A stretch of DNA of 64,000 nt, taken from NCBI GenBank assembly GCA_963827165.1, contig CAWGZR010000006.1, positions 78,166 through 142,165 of the forward strand, given 5' to 3'. The notes beneath the pieces were generated by a model. That model did no database searches. It saw only the letters and a list, made by a program, of their open reading frames with translations, and was not told the origin of the DNA. The position numbers were made by a program, and so were the translations under genes. How positions within the stretch are numbered: position 1 is the first letter of the stretch; every line of letters begins with the position of its first letter. Shown one piece after another: positions 58,991 through 64,000 of the stretch. The stretch comes from Candidatus Bathyarchaeota archaeon (GTDB taxonomy: Archaea > Thermoproteota > Bathyarchaeia > Bathyarchaeales > Bathycorpusculaceae).

Positions 58991-60025
58991 TTAAGCGGGT
59001 ATTTTGCATACTATTTCGGCAGACTTCCATGCGTCTTCGACTATTTGCTGAACATCTTGCATTGATGCAGCTATTTTTTCGCCTGCGCAGGTTAAACGGT
59101 AGGTTTTTAGTGTTCTTCTATGGAAAACTAGTTTCTTGCCCTTCAAGCATCGCAGATATTTATAACTTATTCTTGTTGAAAGCCCTGTTTGCTTGGCGAG
59201 TTTAGTTGCGCTGATTCCTTCGCTGGAGAGGGCATCGTAGATTTTTCGTTCGGTTTGGGTAAAGGTGTTTTTGTCGGGGTCTCGTTTTGACTTGAAGAAG
59301 AAAATGTAGTCTCTTCCTTTAGGCGTTGTTATTAGTTTGGTTGAACTTAGGCGATTTAGTACGCGTGAAACGTTTTTTTGCAGAATAAGGGGTTCGATGT
59401 CTTCAAATGTTTTGGGTCCTGAAATGAGGGCTTGCAGTAGTGTTTCTTCGTAGCATTCGGAGTGGGCGGGGAGTTTTCTGGCGAGTTCTTGCAGAGGCCC
59501 GAGCAATTGGGTAAAGCGGAGACCGAAAGCTGTCGCGTAAAAATCTTCACGTGATTGAGCGGCTAAACCAACTTCTATGAGCGGGCGCAGGTATTCTTCG
59601 CTGATTGTGCTTTGGCTGTGGTTTTGACCCGCTTCCTTAAGTTTCTTTTGCAGCTGCCCTACCGTGTACCTGCCGTTTATCATGGCTTGGAGGATTTGGA
59701 GTCTTGTCTCGTTTTTTAGGGCGTTGAAAAGTTCTTTTATGTAGGTGGGGCTTGCTAAGGCTTTTCGCAGGGTGCGCAACTCGTTCTTCAGTTTGTACGT
59801 TTGGCAACGATCTATGCATTGTAGGGGAGATATAGGCGAGCAAGCTTTGCACACCTCATCAAGAGATTTCAAAATTGAAGATAAATCACGGTTGTTTTCT
59901 GTTCTTTCAGGCGGCGAAACTAAATCAAGGACTACCAATTTGCCCATCCAATTCCTCCAGAATGGACTTGTAGATGTTGATGTAAAAGCGTTTTCGTCAA
60001 GGATTGTGGACTGAAGCTTAGTCAA
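58991..60025 (-). CDS. Multi-winged-helix protein with N-terminal four-Cys cluster
   Basis: CKACSPISPLQCIDRC; ArsR-like LFNALKNETRLQIL; second HTH ISATKLAKQTGLSTR. Confidence 0.75.
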   Translation of the reverse strand: MTKLQSTILDENAFTSTSTSPFWRNWMGKLVVLDLVSPPERTENNRDLSSILKSLDEVCKACSPISPLQCIDRCQTYKLKNELRTLRKALASPTYIKELFNALKNETRLQILQAMINGRYTVGQLQKKLKEAGQNHSQSTISEEYLRPLIEVGLAAQSREDFYATAFGLRFTQLLGPLQELARKLPAHSECYEETLLQALISGPKTFEDIEPLILQKNVSRVLNRLSSTKLITTPKGRDYIFFFKSKRDPDKNTFTQTERKIYDALSSEGISATKLAKQTGLSTRISYKYLRCLKGKKLVFHRRTLKTYRLTCAGEKIAASMQDVQQIVEDAWKSAEIVCKIPA

Positions 60026-60400
60026 ACTTTCTTGACTAACTTTTTACACTATTTTTGGCTCCTTCGGTCCAAGATGCCACATTAAACTTCCAAAAGACAA
60101 CATGCTTTTTGACTTGCGGATGAATCTCAGCGACGGCAATCTATTGTTTATCTAGCTAAAGCGCCTAAATTACCTGCATGAAGGTTAGTAGGCTATGTCT
60201 TTTTGGCTATATGCTTGCTATGTTTGCAAAGGTGCCGATAGCCGGGCATGGCATGTGTAGAAGGTTTCCAAACTTTGCGTCTACACGGCAGTCGAAAAAT
60301 TACCCTTGATTTAGCGAAGTCAAGAGGTTTCTTTATCTAAAACCCGAAAAGAATAAGGCACCTGATATTAAGCAAGCTCAACGTGGTTTTTTAGAAAGTC

Positions 60401-60928
60401 TTAATGAAGCCCTTGGTATCTGCGGCGTTTTCCGCGCTGGTTATTCCTTAGTTGTTCTCCACAAATGGGGCAGTAGGCTTTTCCTTTTGATACTGGGAGA
60501 GTGCTGCCCGCTGGGAAAAAATGTTCGTGCGGACATCTAAGGTCAAAGTCGAAGCTTTGGGTTTCGTAATCGTAGGGGTTTGTGATGATGTCTTCTTCGA
60601 GGGATAGATTGCTTTGTTTGATTTCATGTGTAGGCTCCTCGGCAGGGATAGCAAGTTTGAATTCTGGGAATGATTTAGAGGAAGTTTCTTTTTTGGCGGG
60701 AACGATGGTTTTAGCGGGTTTAGTGAGAAAATTCGGTTTGACTGAAACGGTAATTTCTGCTTTGGGAATAACGACCTGGGCAACCTTCGTTTTTAAAGGG
60801 GCTTTGTATATCTGGGCGGCGGGTCCTTTTTTTATTTTTATTATTGCGGCGGTGGTTGAGGTTCCGCAGTCGGGACAGCTTTCGCTGAATCTGGGGAGAC
60901 ATCGTCCGCATTTTCGGCAAAATGGCAT
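60401..60928 (-). CDS. Double zinc-ribbon protein
   Basis: MPFCRKCG...CPDCG at the N-terminus; CPHEH...YCPICG at the C-terminus. Confidence 0.8.
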   Translation of the reverse strand: MPFCRKCGRCLPRFSESCPDCGTSTTAAIIKIKKGPAAQIYKAPLKTKVAQVVIPKAEITVSVKPNFLTKPAKTIVPAKKETSSKSFPEFKLAIPAEEPTHEIKQSNLSLEEDIITNPYDYETQSFDFDLRCPHEHFFPAGSTLPVSKGKAYCPICGEQLRNNQRGKRRRYQGLH

Positions 60929-61039
60929 ATGCTCACTTTAACTTTTTAAAAGCAAAATAGTTTTGGCTGCCTTTAACCTTAACGGAGAATTTTAGAGATT
61001 ACCTGAATGTTTAAAGGCTATTGGATCAGTTTTTGTTTG

Positions 61040-61142
61040 GGTGGGCGATGACGAGTCTGGCCCCGAAGACGTTAGGATGATGAGGATCTTGAGTGCGAAA
61101 AGCCCGGCGTTAAAATTAGCGCTGCGGGCATAAGAGCCCACC
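61040..61142 (+). ncRNA. Candidate structured small RNA with K-turn / box C/D-like motifs
   Basis: GGTGGGC/GCCCACC terminal stem; ATGACGA, CCGA, ATGATGA boxes; GC hairpin 61102-61129; TTTAAAG at 61010, about 25 nt upstream. Confidence 0.6.
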
Positions 61143-61328
61143 TTCGGATTCGACGCACTTATTACCTATTAAAAAAGGGGAGGACGATAGCTTCTGTTAC
61201 AACTGTTATAAAAAAGAAACTGTTGCCATTTGTCAACATAAATATCGTTACAAAAAAAGGAAAAATTAACCAGTTTCAGTTGCATGCGGCTTGTTGAGCT
61301 GCGATTAGAGGCTGAACTGCTAAACCCA

Positions 61329-62429
61329 CTACGTACGTTTATTGCAGTAAGGGCAAATGTTTTGGTCTTCTCGGACAGATCGTTTACAGTGAGAGCAAGT
61401 TTTCGAGTGCATTGCCGGCCTACTGTAACCCGACTGCGGCTGTTGTCTGTAGCCTGAAGGTGGGCTTGATGGTTGGCTATAACGCGATGCATAAGAGCTT
61501 GGTCGGTAGCTTGACGACTGATTATAACGGGATTGAGAGGAACCCGATGACTGCTGCCTGGAACTGTAGGGAGTATAACGCGAGGAGCCAGCGGCACTTG
61601 ATGGAGCGGGATTATAACTGGAGGCTTGCGGACCATAACCGTAACCGGAAGGAGAACCTCCTGAACCATAGGGAGCCTGTGACGGCCCCGAACCATAAGG
61701 CATACGATCCCGGTCACGATCGCGCTCACGTTCAAGCAGCATTTTCTGCCTGCTGGACCTACTATACAGGAGCGTACCTGACACAGCAAACGCTACCAAT
61801 ACTGCCACAATTATTCCGATAACTATAGGAGAAAAGAACCCCGACGAAGAAGCAGAAGTCGGTGAAAAAGTTGGAACAACATTGCTATTTCCATTGCCGT
61901 TCCCGTTACTGTTACTATTACCGTTCCCATTGTTGTTACTATTACCGTTTCCAGAGGAACTGGTCGGTGCAGGTGAAGCTGTTACATCGCCGCCGCCAGT
62001 TACCACGAAAGTTGCGGTGGTAGTCATGCTGGAACTGTCATAAGATATAATGTGATATGTGCCTGCGGCCAAGTCGGGTACAGTGGTGCTACCACCTATT
62101 TTTCCATTAGCATCAGCAGTGAGAGCTTGGGCAAACATGTTGTTGCCGACAAGGAATGTAGCTGGTTCACCAGGAGAGTATCCAGTCCCGTTGATTAAGA
62201 CAGTCGAGCCTACTGCACCCTTCGCAGGGGTTAAAGTAAATTTAGGATTGATAATCGTCGCTTTTGCCGCTGGCGTCGCCACGACAACCATCGCTATTAT
62301 GCTCACGAATAATAATAAAGTCATAAGTTTAGCTGGTTTTTTATTCATGCCCGCGAATGGTTTTTTCAACATAGCTCTCCCCGCTACCAAAGGGTTATCT
62401 TGCTTATTTATCGATTGCTTATTTAACAC
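61329..62429 (-). CDS. Single-pass membrane protein: Ig-like ectodomain, low-complexity tail, C-terminal zinc ribbon
   Basis: LTPAKGAVGSTVLINGTGY (IPT-like), GN repeat, TM, S/Y/Q/G/P tail, CSHC...CPYC. Confidence 0.8.
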   Translation of the reverse strand: MLNKQSINKQDNPLVAGRAMLKKPFAGMNKKPAKLMTLLLFVSIIAMVVVATPAAKATIINPKFTLTPAKGAVGSTVLINGTGYSPGEPATFLVGNNMFAQALTADANGKIGGSTTVPDLAAGTYHIISYDSSSMTTTATFVVTGGGDVTASPAPTSSSGNGNSNNNGNGNSNSNGNGNGNSNVVPTFSPTSASSSGFFSPIVIGIIVAVLVAFAVSGTLLYSRSSRQKMLLERERDRDRDRMPYGSGPSQAPYGSGGSPSGYGYGPQASSYNPAPSSAAGSSRYTPYSSRQQSSGSSQSRYNQSSSYRPSSYASRYSQPSSPPSGYRQQPQSGYSRPAMHSKTCSHCKRSVREDQNICPYCNKRT

Positions 62430-62493
62430 TTTGCAAAAAGCGCTCTAAGCCGAAGACAATAAAGTTTTTGGAGCATCCGGTTTGTTAGAGGGG

Positions 62494-63078
62494 TTATTTT
62501 TTGTTAGGTTTCTCCCACAGCTCGAGCTTTTCTTTCTTCAGTTCAGTGCGTTTACGTTGCAGGTACCTGTACACTGTCTGATGCTGGCAGCCTTCGATAA
62601 TCATCTGTGCCGCGTTCCGTGCTGCATCTACCTGTGTGAAGCTCCCGATGAACCCGACTGTGTGACCGTAAACCGCCACGTTGGCTTCTGTTAATTCCTC
62701 GATTAGTCTTCTTGTTTTGCCTTCAGTACCTATTATTCTGCCTTTTACGCGTTTGATGTCAGATTCAGAGCGCCCAAAAACTTGTCGCAAGTCAATCATG
62801 TCGAAGATTTCGTCTTCGTTGCGTATTAGGCGATAAGTTGCTTCAGGTGCAAACCCTCTACCGATTGCAGTGACAACATCTTTGGCTTTCAATAACACTG
62901 ATGGATCTGGAGCTTTTTCCGTAAGGGTGATGGTTACGCTGCCTTCACTGTCCACATCGATTTTAACGGTAAGTCTTTCTTCAATGTACTGCTTGACTTT
63001 TCCTTCTTCGCCGATTAGTATGCCGACGCGGTCTTTCGGAATCCTTACAAAAGTGTCTAAACCTGACATTTCAACCAA
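62494..63078 (-). CDS. KH-domain pre-rRNA processing protein (Dim2/Pno1)
   Basis: RIPKDRVGILIGEEG, AIGRGF, RVKGRIIGTEGKTR; follows RIO1. Confidence 0.93.
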   Translation of the reverse strand: MVEMSGLDTFVRIPKDRVGILIGEEGKVKQYIEERLTVKIDVDSEGSVTITLTEKAPDPSVLLKAKDVVTAIGRGFAPEATYRLIRNEDEIFDMIDLRQVFGRSESDIKRVKGRIIGTEGKTRRLIEELTEANVAVYGHTVGFIGSFTQVDAARNAAQMIIEGCQHQTVYRYLQRKRTELKKEKLELWEKPNKK

Positions 63079-63853
63079 CTACCATTTTATGTAATTCTTC
63101 AACTGAAATAACTTCAACATTTAACCGACTAAAGAACCTATTCACATTCGTTAAATCACGCACCAGCAACTCGTCAGCCAGTGGATGTTGAATTGAAACT
63201 GACTGGGACATGTCGAAAACGACAGGTTTGCCTTTCCACATCATAATATTATATTCACTCAGGTCTCCGTGAACTATCTTTGCTTTCTGATAAAGCCGTT
63301 TAATAGAAGTGACGATTATTTTGTAGACTTTCTCGGGATTTTGTGGAGGCTGTTCCTTAAAAGAAGGTGCACTGACACCCTTTTCCCCAATAAACTCCAT
63401 AACTACAACGTTGCTTTTAACCGCCATAGGTTTTGGTACACGCACTTTTGCGTCGGTGGCTTCTTTAAGGTTGCGGAATTCTTTTTGCGCCCAAACCGTC
63501 ATTAATGAGCGGGTATCGTGTTTGACATCTTTGAACCGAGGGTCGCCTTCAATGTATTTGTGCATACCTCTCTTGAATTCGGCAGATGAGGTCAAATAAA
63601 TTTTTACTGCTAAATCTTTGCCTTCTTTGTCAGTGCCCCAATAAACCCGCGCTTCCTTCCCCGAACTTACTACCCCGTTAAGCTCGTAGAAAACGCCGCT
63701 GTTAAGCATGTCAAAGACAACCATTCGGGTGGTTTGGTCAAAAACCTCTTCCACTGTGGCGCGTTCCTTAGTCATGTCATGGATCAACATTTTATCTCTT
63801 CGTTCCACCCTTCGTTCGTTATGAGCAAGACGTTCATGAGCTTTCTTAGACAT
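63071..63853 (-). CDS. rio1: RIO1 serine/threonine kinase
   Basis: SSGKEARVY, AVKIY, WAQKEFRNL, VHGDLSEYNI, FDMSQSV. Confidence 0.95.
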   Translation of the reverse strand: MSKKAHERLAHNERRVERRDKMLIHDMTKERATVEEVFDQTTRMVVFDMLNSGVFYELNGVVSSGKEARVYWGTDKEGKDLAVKIYLTSSAEFKRGMHKYIEGDPRFKDVKHDTRSLMTVWAQKEFRNLKEATDAKVRVPKPMAVKSNVVVMEFIGEKGVSAPSFKEQPPQNPEKVYKIIVTSIKRLYQKAKIVHGDLSEYNIMMWKGKPVVFDMSQSVSIQHPLADELLVRDLTNVNRFFSRLNVEVISVEELHKMVVG

Positions 63854-64000
63854 GACAATCAGTACTTGCTAATCCTCTAAAGTATTAAAACCGCTCGGAA
63901 AACTTTAAAATTAATTAAATCATTAAACGAATTTTCGCGGACTCTTTTTTTGTAAGGGATTAAAGAACCCAGTTTTCGACATGAAAATCACAAAATTTAA

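Noticed and set aside
60233-60290. Hairpin GTGTAGA...TCTACAC upstream of the multi-wHTH gene
   Set aside because: A single modest stem with no promoter or second copy to support it.
61169-61822. 206-aa and 136-aa ORFs overlapping the 366-aa gene
   Set aside because: Alternative frames kept open by low-complexity coding sequence.

Overview
Archaeal chromosomal window. The gene content (ileS, EF-1alpha, aIF2-beta, RIO1/Dim2, archaeal ppcA, short purA, short XPF) and the many TTG starts and small Cys-rich proteins suggest Bathyarchaeia/TACK; this is an inference. 1-14 kb is an AT-rich surface-glycan cluster on the minus strand. 14-20.6 kb is an AT-rich zone dense in microproteins, ending at tRNA-Ala(CGC). 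21-64 kb is mostly housekeeping and lineage-specific hypothetical genes. No CRISPR array, transposase or integrase was seen. The strongest unexplained signal is a dispersed non-coding element: a conserved 58-66 bp leader ending TGCAGGTTRMGTC, followed directly by an array with a 10-bp period whose unit sequence differs at each copy. There are three clear copies (19321-19474 minus; 56463-56625 and 56725-56850 plus) and a probable fourth (19521-19616), apparently arranged as a tandem pair at each of two loci 37 kb apart. Also missed by the ORF track: two Cren7-like zinc-ribbon microproteins flanking one locus, a divergent pair of homologous RHH-like genes (one with an ACG start), a 25-aa basic peptide with its own promoter and SD, and a promoter-preceded K-turn/box C/D-like RNA candidate. 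All alignments and counts were done by hand; no database search was run.
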